Source: Candidatus Nanoarchaeia archaeon (GTDB lineage: Archaea; Nanobdellota; Nanobdellia; Woesearchaeales; JANQNC01). Taken from it: a stretch of 32,000 bases of DNA. Where the stretch lies: positions 1,260,001-1,292,000 of the forward strand of contig JANQNC010000001.1 in the NCBI GenBank assembly GCA_028279745.1, in the 5' to 3' direction. The notes under the pieces are model-generated. The model was given only the letters and a program-made list of their open reading frames with translations. It made no database searches and was not told the DNA's origin. Shown one piece after another: positions 1 to 8,251 of this stretch; within the stretch, counting starts at the first letter, position 1; every line of letters begins with the position of its first letter. Made by a program: the position numbers and the translations under genes.

Positions 1-709
1 GTTTTACTGCTTCTTTGTAAGAAGTAAGGCCGTTTAGCAGTTCAGTTCTATATTTAAGAACCATCTTTGAATATTTGTTTAGATCTGCAAGAACTTCTCT
101 ATATTCTTTTACGGTGTCTTTAGGTGTACACATAAGATCGAATGCAGTTACAAAATTATCGTAATTTGTTGTGTATAAAAGATAGGTGACATCTTTGTCA
201 TCCATTATCCCTGCATCTCTTAGATAAGAAACAAACTGTTCGCCGCCTTGGAAATGGTCTTTGTCAATGTCCAATAGTTGGAGGCTATTTTTTCTCCAAT
301 CTGTAAGGTCTATACGAAACCCTGGAGAGGATCTTCTAATCTCTAGCCACTTAGGTTCAATATTCCTGTCTCCAAGTAGAGGAACATCTAACATCCTAAA
401 CATGTTTTCTTTAGTCATATCCTTAACTTCACTTAGAGTGTAACTTTTTCTTAGGCCGAAAAGACTTTTAGGATTAAACCCTCTTTTCATAGTTGGAAAT
501 TTCCAAGGAATTTTTGCAAAAGGATTTTCTTTATGTTTAGAGCCTATAGGTTGTTGTTTGTATTTTATCTTATCATTAGCTTTCTTGAACTCTTCTGCAG
601 CTTCCCTGCCCATCATGAATTCTTCCACATCGAAACCTTTAACTGGAGAAAAATTAATTAAAGTAGCAATCAATGCAGTTGTGATTGTCTTTGCAAAAGA
701 AATCTTCAT
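1..709 (-). CDS. hypothetical protein, C-terminus beyond window edge (at least 236 aa)
   Basis: Absent from the supplied ORF track because it runs off the window. I checked triplets by hand: the minus-strand frame from ATG 709..707 has no stop down to position 2. It starts MKISFAKTITTALIATLINFSPVKGFDVEEF..., a hydrophobic N-terminus. Its ATG overlaps the TGA of the upstream RHH gene (ATGA). No family recognised. Confidence 0.6.
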   Translation of the reverse strand, partial: MKISFAKTITTALIATLINFSPVKGFDVEEFMMGREAAEEFKKANDKIKYKQQPIGSKHKENPFAKIPWKFPTMKRGFNPKSLFGLRKSYTLSEVKDMTKENMFRMLDVPLLGDRNIEPKWLEIRRSSPGFRIDLTDWRKNSLQLLDIDKDHFQGGEQFVSYLRDAGIMDDKDVTYLLYTTNYDNFVTAFDLMCTPKDTVKEYREVLADLNKYSKMVLKYRTELLNGLTSYKEAVK

Positions 710-846
710 TTTTGTCTCTCCATCAGTTCGTTTACTGCACACTCAACAACATGAGACTTGTTTCTGAAGTTGGTGTTCTTTCTAACTAATTCTTGTATTT
801 TAGAAACTGTTTTCTCATCTATGGAGATACTGATCCTGCTCTTCAT
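706..846 (-). CDS. ribbon-helix-helix (CopG/Arc/MetJ-like) DNA-binding protein, 46 aa
   Basis: Below the ORF-track size cutoff; translated by hand as MKSRISISIDEKTVSKIQELVRKNTNFRNKSHVVECAVNELMERQK. This fits a beta-strand (RISISIDEK) followed by two helices, the typical RHH layout. Its stop overlaps the next gene's start by 4 nt. Confidence 0.65.
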   Translation of the reverse strand: MKSRISISIDEKTVSKIQELVRKNTNFRNKSHVVECAVNELMERQK

Positions 847-871
847 ACTTTATGTGAGAAATTATTACGCC

Positions 872-879
872 TTTATAAA
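872..879 (-). promoter_or_regulatory. putative archaeal TATA box (TTTATAAA) for the RHH gene; implies a leaderless transcript
   Basis: TTTATAAA lies about 26 nt upstream of the ATG at 846. Archaeal TATA boxes are centred about 26-28 nt upstream of the transcription start. Confidence 0.35.
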
Positions 880-909
880 TGTTTGTGTATTTTTACTACC
901 TTTGAGTAC

Positions 910-1158
910 TCATTTTTTCTTCTTAGCAAGCAGTTCTAGAGTTTTAGTTGAGCCCCAGACTGAGATCTTTTGGACAAGCCAGATGCCTCCGCCCATGATT
1001 GCTCCGATCAGTAAAGAAAGAGGTAACTGTCTAAGTTCGAAATCTAAAACGCCCCAAACAAAAATAGCAAAAACTAAACCAAACAAAGGATGAAAGTAAT
1101 CTTTCTTAAGAAACCACTCGTTGTATTTTTTTTCAAGTTTTAGAAGTTTTTTCAGCAT
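910..1158 (-). CDS. small membrane protein (2 predicted TM helices), 82 aa
   Basis: The ORF has two hydrophobic segments (LFGLVFAIFVWGVL and LSLLIGAIMGGGIWLV) and basic termini. It starts 2 nt after the aroD stop, so it is probably co-transcribed. Confidence 0.5.
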   Translation of the reverse strand: MLKKLLKLEKKYNEWFLKKDYFHPLFGLVFAIFVWGVLDFELRQLPLSLLIGAIMGGGIWLVQKISVWGSTKTLELLAKKKK

Positions 1159-1160
1159 TT

Positions 1161-1847
1161 TTAGTAAGTAGGTTCGTAAAAGAGCTCTTTTAAACCACCG
1201 ACAGTTAGTGCTTTCTCTTTGTATTTAAGGTACGCAGACTGAAGCTGGTTAACATTTATTTGTCCAGGAGCAGAAGGCTTTCCAGGTAATGATGCAAAAG
1301 TAAGATAAGAACCATACTCAGGACCTAAAATTCTTGTAACTATTCCTTCAGGACCCATGCAAACACCAATTACTGGGTGAGATGATTTTGCTGTGAATTC
1401 AAGCATCCTTAAACTATCATTAAACGTATTTGCTTTAGCTGCAATCTTAACAATGTCTGCACCCTTATCAAGAGCGCGTGCAAAAAGAGTTTCCATGTTT
1501 TTAGGTAATTCATTAAAATTATGATGAGAAATTATAAGTTCAGTTCCTTTCTTTTCTAAAGGTTGAAAATAATCAAGCTCGATATCAACATAGGCAGCAC
1601 CGATCTCAATAGCTTCTCTTAAATAATCTATTCTTTGCTCTTCACTGCCTTCAAAAAAACCGCCTTCGCGATCAATCCTGTTAGTAACTATTTTAGGAAT
1701 GTTATTGTGTCTGATCAATTTTTCAAGACAAGGATGTCTCATATAATCAATCCTTAATTCAATGATGTCAGCTAGTTTAGCTGCTTCATCCATATCTCTC
1801 AAAGCATCACTCATGTTGTTTGCAGTTATTGGAATTGCGATGTTCAT
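1161..1847 (-). CDS. aroD: 3-dehydroquinate dehydratase, type I
   Basis: 228 aa carrying the hallmark type I DHQase motifs: ELRIDY, ISHHNF (catalytic His region), VKIAAKA (Schiff-base Lys region), MGPEGIVTRILG and SAPGQ. Confidence 0.9.
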   Translation of the reverse strand: MNIAIPITANNMSDALRDMDEAAKLADIIELRIDYMRHPCLEKLIRHNNIPKIVTNRIDREGGFFEGSEEQRIDYLREAIEIGAAYVDIELDYFQPLEKKGTELIISHHNFNELPKNMETLFARALDKGADIVKIAAKANTFNDSLRMLEFTAKSSHPVIGVCMGPEGIVTRILGPEYGSYLTFASLPGKPSAPGQINVNQLQSAYLKYKEKALTVGGLKELFYEPTY

Positions 1848-1880
1848 GATGTATAGAATTAAGAAGAGGTATATAAATTT

Positions 1881-2648
1881 TTAGATGAATCGTTTGATTA
1901 TCTTAACATAGTCTTCATTAAGTCCGCCTAACCTAAAGATGACAACTGTGTCAATCTTATTATCTTTACAGAATTTTAAGTCGGTCTCAAACTGTTCAAG
2001 AGAAAGAATGGGTTCATTGCCCCAGACGCCAGTAGCAATAGTTCCTAAAGCGATCTGTAAATTATCCTTTAACTGTTTAGACCTGAGTTTGATATAATCT
2101 TTAATCTTAAACTCGATAGATTTGACAGGAATCATACTGGAGTAAAGCATAACAATTTTTTTATGGTTTCTAACAGGATAAGAGATACCAAAAAATTCTA
2201 ATTTCTTCTGAACAAAATGACTTGTTGAAGCGCATTCTGCTGTAAGGATGTCTATGTTGAGTTTTTTTGCGTCAGTGAAGAATTTTCTGATCAGTTTCTT
2301 GTTTTTGAAGAATGAAAGTAAGTTTATGAGAAATAGTTTTTTTCTGATGAAAGGTAATTCAAGATCTAATAAAACTTTGAGTGATTTCTTTTGTTTGTTG
2401 GACAATAGTTCGTTGTAGAGAGCTTTGATTTCTTCAGTGTATGCAAAAGGAGATACCCAATAAGACTTTTTTAATAAAGGCCAATAGGCACACTCTATTT
2501 TTGGATTGATTTTGGAGATTTTCTTTCTAAGGTTGTCAAATTGTTTGAAAGACTTTGTGGCAACATATACAACAGACTTAAACTTAACCAGCTTCAATTT
2601 GTTGAGGTTGGTTTGATTAGGATATTCTTCAAAAAAATGTATATTCAT
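1881..2648 (-). CDS. hypothetical protein (255 aa from ATG 2648)
   Basis: Long ORF with no recognised family. I prefer the start MNIHFFEEYP at 2648 over the track start at 2708, which would overlap the divergent gene at 2703. A TATA-like element lies about 25 nt upstream of 2648. Confidence 0.55.
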   Translation of the reverse strand: MNIHFFEEYPNQTNLNKLKLVKFKSVVYVATKSFKQFDNLRKKISKINPKIECAYWPLLKKSYWVSPFAYTEEIKALYNELLSNKQKKSLKVLLDLELPFIRKKLFLINLLSFFKNKKLIRKFFTDAKKLNIDILTAECASTSHFVQKKLEFFGISYPVRNHKKIVMLYSSMIPVKSIEFKIKDYIKLRSKQLKDNLQIALGTIATGVWGNEPILSLEQFETDLKFCKDNKIDTVVIFRLGGLNEDYVKIIKRFI

Positions 2649-2667
2649 AATTAATCCCATCAAATAG

Positions 2668-2679
2668 AAATATTTAAAA
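2668..2679. promoter_or_regulatory. putative shared TATA element (AAATATTTAAAA) in a 54-bp divergent intergenic region
   Basis: The self-complementary AAATATTT core lies about 24-26 nt upstream of the minus-strand ATG at 2648. It lies about 28-31 nt upstream of the plus-strand ATG at 2703. Confidence 0.3.
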
Positions 2680-2702
2680 CAATCGAAAACAAGCAATATT
2701 TC

Positions 2703-3560
2703 ATGCAAAAGAAATACAAAATAATGATAATCGTAGGAATCATACTAACAATAGGCATATTACTATTCAACTCAGAATACATAGTATCAAGAACAAAAAG
2801 CGAGGTGATAAAATATTCTGTAGAAGATATGCCTGGAAATGCACCAAACAACACATATCCATTAATAGTGCTGCATGGGTTTAATGTTATATACAGCACA
2901 AGATTTGGGCAATTAGAATTTAAGGAATTTCATGATGACGTATCAAAAGAATTAGACTACCAAAACAGAGGAATACTCATAAAAGAAACAACCTGTTCAG
3001 AACTAAAATATTCAGAAAACCCAATATCAGTAAGAAACACATACTTTACGATAGAGACAACAGACATAGATGACTACAGTAAAACATTAAACAGAACAAT
3101 AGAAATGATAAGATACTGTACAGGTGCAGAAAAAGTAGATCTAGTCACACACTCAATGGGGGGAATAGTTGCAAGAAACTACATCAAAAATATAGACAAT
3201 AGCACAATAAGAAAATTAGTAATGATGGGAACACCAAACCATGGAGGATTATATAGTTTTTCAGATGTGTCAAACTACTTAACACAAGAAGGCTCAAACC
3301 TAAGCATAGACTTTTTGCAGTTATCAGAAAACCATGACTTCATGCAAAGACTGAATGAAGGAGATGAAACAATCGGAGATATAAAGTACTACACAATCGC
3401 AGGAAATACAGATGGAGAAGGAGACGGGGTGGTGAAAGAAGAATCAGTCAAACTAGAAGGAGCAGAACACTTTACTATAGACTGCAGCCATGTATTCATG
3501 AAACACCCAACATTCTGCAAAGAAGCGTTAAATATAATAGTAGAAATTCTAAAGACTTAA
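2703..3560 (+). CDS. membrane-anchored alpha/beta hydrolase, lipase/esterase-like (PGAP1/class-2 lipase type)
   Basis: N-terminal TM helix (IMIIVGIILTIGILLF). Also LIVLHGFN, the nucleophile elbow THSMGG, and MMGTPNHGG, as seen in LipA/PGAP1-like serine hydrolases. Confidence 0.8.
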   Translation: MQKKYKIMIIVGIILTIGILLFNSEYIVSRTKSEVIKYSVEDMPGNAPNNTYPLIVLHGFNVIYSTRFGQLEFKEFHDDVSKELDYQNRGILIKETTCSELKYSENPISVRNTYFTIETTDIDDYSKTLNRTIEMIRYCTGAEKVDLVTHSMGGIVARNYIKNIDNSTIRKLVMMGTPNHGGLYSFSDVSNYLTQEGSNLSIDFLQLSENHDFMQRLNEGDETIGDIKYYTIAGNTDGEGDGVVKEESVKLEGAEHFTIDCSHVFMKHPTFCKEALNIIVEILKT

Positions 3561-3570
3561 ATAATAAATA

Positions 3571-3819
3571 GTGAAAAAGATAGTTATGATACGAGATTAT
3601 GTTGGTGAGGTCTTTAAAGGATTGGGTTATGGGATTGATAAATCTGTAGAGATATGCACTGATTGTCCCAAAACTTTAGCACAGCCAGACATAAAATACA
3701 AAAAAACATTTAAAACAGCAGAGACTACGGGGAAAGTGGCAGGTGTAACACTTGCAATAATATTTACAGGAGTGATCCCTGCACTGTACGGTATCTACAA
3801 AAATTCTAAAACTATATAA
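3571..3819 (+). CDS. small hypothetical protein with C-terminal TM helix
   Basis: ORF with a GTG start; an alternative ATG is at 3586. The C-terminus is hydrophobic (VAGVTLAIIFTGVIPALYGIY). No family recognised. Confidence 0.4.
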   Translation: MKKIVMIRDYVGEVFKGLGYGIDKSVEICTDCPKTLAQPDIKYKKTFKTAETTGKVAGVTLAIIFTGVIPALYGIYKNSKTI

Positions 3820-3846
3820 GCAATATAGTGATTTCTAGTCCGAAAA

Positions 3847-4695
3847 ATGAAAATACACTATGCAGTAGAGTTTCCAAGAGGGAATGTAAAACCATTCAAG
3901 AAAAAACCAGGGAACTTTCAAAGAAGACCTACCTCACTAGAAAAAGCAGTAACAACATTTTCGAGAGATTATGTAGAGATGGCATCATCATTTAGAGATG
4001 TGATGATGTTGTATGAACAAAAACTGATGACTGATGATAAAAAAGAAAAAATAAGGATAAACGGTGAGATAAGAAAGATAAAGCAATCAAAAATAAGCAT
4101 CAATAGAGACCAAAGAACAGAGATAATAACAGATTTGAGAGGGGAGCCGATGGGTGTTGTGTACATAGCACCAAAAGAATATGTAAATGGAAAACCAAAC
4201 GTAACGATAGGTGATACAACCTTCATAAAAAATGTACTGTTTGACTTTGTAAAAGCAAGAAAAAGAGAGGAATTCTGCATAAGAAGCACAGCATACCTCA
4301 CAGAAGAAGGGATAGAAGGACTAAAAAGCTACATCAAAAGATTCTTCAGACAAAGATTCAAATACGAAAACAAAGGCAGAGGAAGCAAAGAGTATAGTAA
4401 AGTATCAAATAAAAAAATTAGAGATGAACTAAAGAAAAGAAACACCTACGATATTGTTGTTACAGACATGATACTGGCACATCTGAATATACTGGGAAAG
4501 ATAGAGATACTCACTTCAGGACTTGAAGCGGGGATGCTGCAGAAAGTACATATAGATGACAGATGCTCAAAATATGTGAAATATTCACCTTCAAAAATAT
4601 GGGTTAAGGAATCAAATAAACCTTTGAACCTATTGATAGGAAGATCATTCTATACATTGAGTAGGGCGATTGGGGAGATATACAAGAATTATTAG
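3847..4695 (+). CDS. hypothetical basic protein, 282 aa
   Basis: Long Lys/Arg-rich ORF in an AT-rich region. No motif recognised. Confidence 0.55.
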   Translation: MKIHYAVEFPRGNVKPFKKKPGNFQRRPTSLEKAVTTFSRDYVEMASSFRDVMMLYEQKLMTDDKKEKIRINGEIRKIKQSKISINRDQRTEIITDLRGEPMGVVYIAPKEYVNGKPNVTIGDTTFIKNVLFDFVKARKREEFCIRSTAYLTEEGIEGLKSYIKRFFRQRFKYENKGRGSKEYSKVSNKKIRDELKKRNTYDIVVTDMILAHLNILGKIEILTSGLEAGMLQKVHIDDRCSKYVKYSPSKIWVKESNKPLNLLIGRSFYTLSRAIGEIYKNY

Positions 4696-4764
4696 ATGGT
4701 TGAATGGTTAAATGGTGGTAGTAATGTTGGCTAATTATTTTCTATATAGAAGATAATTAAGGAA

Positions 4765-4794
4765 AAAGTAATACTTAAATACTAGTATTACTTT
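4765..4794. promoter_or_regulatory. inverted repeat AAAGTAATACT-N8-AGTATTACTTT upstream of vapB (candidate operator)
   Basis: Perfect 11-bp arms at 4765..4775 and 4784..4794, ending 10 nt upstream of the vapB-like ATG. A TATA-like CTATATAGA lies at 4742..4750. Confidence 0.45.
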
Positions 4795-4803
4795 ATTACT
4801 ATT

Positions 4804-5046
4804 ATGACTGTGAAGACAATCAAAGGGGTAAATGATGAAGATTGGAGGGAGTTCAAAACTCTTGCAGCTCAAAGCGGAGTGAAAGTTGGAAAAATGTTCA
4901 AAGCACTATTAGAAAATTACAAAAAAGAACAGGATAAAATATGGGGTTCAATACTTAACAAGGAAAAACTGTTGTCAGATGAAGATGCAAGAAAGATGAG
5001 GGCTTCTCTTTCAACACTCAGAAAAGAGAAAGGGTTTAGAATATGA
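4804..5046 (+). CDS. vapB: VapB-like antitoxin (RHH-type), 80 aa
   Basis: The N-terminus IKGVNDEDWREFKTLAAQSGVKVGKMFKALLENY resembles archaeal RHH antitoxins. There is a 4-nt ATGA overlap with the downstream PIN gene. Confidence 0.65.
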   Translation: MTVKTIKGVNDEDWREFKTLAAQSGVKVGKMFKALLENYKKEQDKIWGSILNKEKLLSDEDARKMRASLSTLRKEKGFRI

Positions 5047-5435
5047 GCTTTGTGGTAGACACATCAGTCTTGATAGATATAGCTAACAACAAGAAAGAAA
5101 CAGTTGATAAACTAAACAAGATCATAAAGAAGGACAGTTCAATCCCCTGCATCACGTTCTTGAACGATTTTGAATTCAGATACGGGCTTAAAGATAAATC
5201 AGAAAAAAACCAGATGAAACTGTTGGAATTCTTAAACAAGTTTATCCTTCTAAACACAACTAAAGCAACACCAATAATCTTGACAGAACTTAAGCACAAA
5301 TATGACAAGTCGGGAGTTGTTCTTTCACTTACAGACCTTTTGATAGCTTCTATCGCTATAGAGAACAATAACACATTGATAACAAGAGATTCTGATTTTG
5401 CTAAGATAGAAGAGTTGGACTATGTGGTTCTGTGA
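5043..5435 (+). CDS. vapC: PIN-domain ribonuclease toxin VapC
   Basis: 130 aa. FVVDTSVLID supplies the first acidic PIN residue. LTDLLIASIAIENNNTLITRDSDFAKI is the typical C-terminal PIN motif. Confidence 0.85.
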   Translation: MSFVVDTSVLIDIANNKKETVDKLNKIIKKDSSIPCITFLNDFEFRYGLKDKSEKNQMKLLEFLNKFILLNTTKATPIILTELKHKYDKSGVVLSLTDLLIASIAIENNNTLITRDSDFAKIEELDYVVL

Positions 5436-5633
5436 TGAATTCTAGTTTTGCTATATGATGCTGCCAAAAAGCTTATATATGATTAATACTAATATATACT
5501 TTCTGATAGTATAAAAAGAGGAAACATTTGCAAGCGACCAAATCGACCCCTTTAATGACCATTATAAGTTTCTGACACTTTGAAACAAAAATCGATCGTA
5601 GGGAGACGGAGAAATATGCGCAAATGAATAGAA

Positions 5634-7289
5634 ATGAAAAGATTAGTAGTAACTATGGTGTTTGTAGCTATGTTGTTCTCGGTAGTCTGTATTGCAACAC
5701 CGATAGGTTATTATGGGTTTGAGTCAGGAAGCCAAGGGTGGTCATTTGGGGGTTCAGATGCTAATAGGGACTCTACAAGAAGCAATAAGCAAGATAGCGG
5801 TGCGGCAGGTGGAAGTTGGTCAGCACACGTACAGGATGACAGTTCCACATCACATTTTGAACAAAGTTTTGATTTCTCAGGATACGATTCAGTAAATATC
5901 ACGTTTGATTATTACCCTGAGAGTATAGATTCAGGAGAATACGTTCAGTTATTTTGTGACAGCACAGAGATATGGAGGTTTACTAATGGAGATCATGGTC
6001 AAAGTTCTTGGTATACAACAACAGTAGAAATTACGCCTTCTGATTGTACACTTGACTCATCAGTACAGATACAGTGGGAAGGAGATCCAGGATTATCGGG
6101 AAATATAGATGATATGTGGGTTGATGGGATAGATCTGGAAGGAATAATAGCACAACAACCACCAACAACACCAACATCAATAACATGTGATGGAGGAAAT
6201 TGCAACAATACCTTCTATTCAGATGTGGAGTTAATCTGTAGCGGAAGTACTGACCCCGATGGAGACACAATAACTTATTCTATCGAAGCATACCATGGTC
6301 AACAAGGTGTTGGCAGTATTGCTCACGATGCAACAACAACTAACCAAGGAAGTGGTGATAGAAGTTTTTCTCACACGATAGGAGGTGGAAATAATAGATT
6401 GTTAGTTGTGGGAGTTACTTTTGAGGATTCTTTAGCCGATAAAGTTGTTAACAGTGTAACATATAATGGGGTGACAATGACACAAGTTGATTGGGCAAGA
6501 GCAGGAACAGGATATTCACAATACACGGCATTTTATTATTTGTTAGAATCAGATTTACCTTCTTCAGGTTCTTACACAGTTAATGTTGATGTATCAGCAA
6601 CGCCAACAAGAAATGTTATGGTTGGTGTAAGTTCTTATGAGAATGTCAATCAAGCACTAGATGATAGCTGTACATCAAACACAGGGCAACCAATCTCATG
6701 TTCAATCACAACAATAGAAGACAACAGTTGGGTGATGAGTGTAGTAGGAAATGGAGGCGGAGGAGACTACACCTACAGTGCAGGAAATGAAAGATATGAG
6801 TTAGATGGTAGTGCATCTTCCTCAACAGGTGCAGGAGGAGATGATATTGACACCAGTGCAGGATCATTCTCAGTATCATGGAGCCATTCAGGAAATGTAA
6901 GACAAGCACTAGTTGCTGCTGCATTCTCGCCTGCAAACACGACAGTATATGCATGGAATTACATAGGCAACCACACAAACGGATCAAGCTTTGTATGGAA
7001 TTTTACAGGGATAAACCCTTTACCTCAAACAGATGTAGACTTAAGATGCAGAGCAAAAGACATAAGCGGAACAGATACTTATTCATCATACTACGATCCT
7101 GCAATAAATATGACACTTTCTTTAGATGCGCCACCTTCTTTGCCAGATAAGCCAGCAATAATAAGCTGGGTGATGACAAAGAAAAAAGGAGATAAGAAAA
7201 ATCAAGTAGAGATAGTTGAAGAAGATCCAGCAAAAATAACCTTTGTAGAAAGCACGATGGACAGTACCCAAACGATCTCGTTTGGCTAG
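5634..7289 (+). CDS. secreted beta-rich protein with an N-terminal jelly-roll/MAM-like region and a DPDGD Ig-like domain
   Basis: Signal peptide or TM (LVVTMVFVAMLFSVVCIA). YGFESGSQGWSFGG...SWSAHV is reminiscent of MAM/CBM-type jelly rolls. CSGSTDPDGDTITYS is a PKD/Ig-like motif. The protein is Ser/Thr/Gly/Asn-rich with many N-x-S/T sequons. Confidence 0.75.
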   Translation: MKRLVVTMVFVAMLFSVVCIATPIGYYGFESGSQGWSFGGSDANRDSTRSNKQDSGAAGGSWSAHVQDDSSTSHFEQSFDFSGYDSVNITFDYYPESIDSGEYVQLFCDSTEIWRFTNGDHGQSSWYTTTVEITPSDCTLDSSVQIQWEGDPGLSGNIDDMWVDGIDLEGIIAQQPPTTPTSITCDGGNCNNTFYSDVELICSGSTDPDGDTITYSIEAYHGQQGVGSIAHDATTTNQGSGDRSFSHTIGGGNNRLLVVGVTFEDSLADKVVNSVTYNGVTMTQVDWARAGTGYSQYTAFYYLLESDLPSSGSYTVNVDVSATPTRNVMVGVSSYENVNQALDDSCTSNTGQPISCSITTIEDNSWVMSVVGNGGGGDYTYSAGNERYELDGSASSSTGAGGDDIDTSAGSFSVSWSHSGNVRQALVAAAFSPANTTVYAWNYIGNHTNGSSFVWNFTGINPLPQTDVDLRCRAKDISGTDTYSSYYDPAINMTLSLDAPPSLPDKPAIISWVMTKKKGDKKNQVEIVEEDPAKITFVESTMDSTQTISFG

Positions 7290-7317
7290 TCAGCAGATAT
7301 ATCAGAAAGGACCAGAC

Positions 7318-8178
7318 TTAACTTCTTCTTGATGTTTTGTGCCTGATGATAAGGGTGACAAAAAGCAGCAGAAAGACCCAAGAGACTATCATGATCTTGC
7401 TGATCGCAAGAGGTGTGAGCTTTCCTTTTATGATTCTTGGCCCTTCAGATATATAATTTTCTTCAATGATATTTAGTTCTGTGCTTTGCTTACCTGAAAC
7501 CCAACCGTTATCCATCAATGTTGTAATTTCTATAATATATCTGCCAACCTCTAGATTATGCGGTGTATCTATCTCGATAACATCATGAGTTGAAGGCAAT
7601 AGTGCAGTCTTTTTAGACGTGTGGGTGAGAAGGGGCTTCTCGTTATCGTCTAAAATGTCAATCTTAAAAAAAGGGTTAACAACAGTATTGCCTTCATTTT
7701 GAACAGGAACTAAAATCTTTATGGGTTTGCCTTGTTCAGACTCGCTTATAGTGATCTTTTTTGAAACAAGCTGTACGATCTCGTGATCAGTTATCTCTAC
7801 AGAAGATCGGATTATGACTGTGTCTTCAATAGTTGTATCGCGGCCAGTCCCAGAAGATTTTATAACTACCTGTCCAGTATATATCCCTGGAGGTGTAAGA
7901 GGAGGGTTGATCAGGACTTTAAGCTCGATGGGGGAATCTTTATTTACATATCTCGAAGAGGGGTAAAAAGTGACCCAATCACTAAAAGTGCCGCTTGCAT
8001 ACATCCCTATATGGGTGTTATCGGGGCTTTTAGATGTTATGTTGATAGTCTTTTCTGCATATCCGTCGCCCAGGACATTATTAAAGATAAGTTCTTCTGG
8101 CGCGTCTATCCCGAACGCAGATACACAAGATAGGGTCAGAGCAAAAAGTAGCAAAATCAATGTCTTAAGCTTTTTCAT
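7318..8178 (-). CDS. secreted, C-terminally anchored protein with CARDB/NEW3-like beta-sandwich domains
   Basis: Signal peptide MKKLKTLILLLFALTLSCVSAFG. The segment PIKILVPVQNEGNTVVNPFFKIDILDD...VGRYIIEITT resembles CARDB-type domains. C-terminal TM helix followed by a basic tail (IRHKTSRRS). Confidence 0.7.
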   Translation of the reverse strand: MKKLKTLILLLFALTLSCVSAFGIDAPEELIFNNVLGDGYAEKTINITSKSPDNTHIGMYASGTFSDWVTFYPSSRYVNKDSPIELKVLINPPLTPPGIYTGQVVIKSSGTGRDTTIEDTVIIRSSVEITDHEIVQLVSKKITISESEQGKPIKILVPVQNEGNTVVNPFFKIDILDDNEKPLLTHTSKKTALLPSTHDVIEIDTPHNLEVGRYIIEITTLMDNGWVSGKQSTELNIIEENYISEGPRIIKGKLTPLAISKIMIVSWVFLLLFVTLIIRHKTSRRS

Positions 8179-8251
8179 GACACTTTTTTATCTTTATTTT
8201 ATTATATTCCTTTTTGATTATAAAAGAAAAGAAAACAGCATTATCTTTAAA

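Noticed and set aside
1020-1050. GTTCGAAATC, a T-loop-like string.
   Set aside because: It lies inside the 82-aa membrane-protein ORF, and no acceptor or anticodon stems can be drawn around it.
261-1093. Plus-strand track ORFs 261..443, 558..767 and 758..1093.
   Set aside because: They are opposite the hand-verified minus-strand genes (1..709, 706..846, 910..1158). Their translations are low-complexity.
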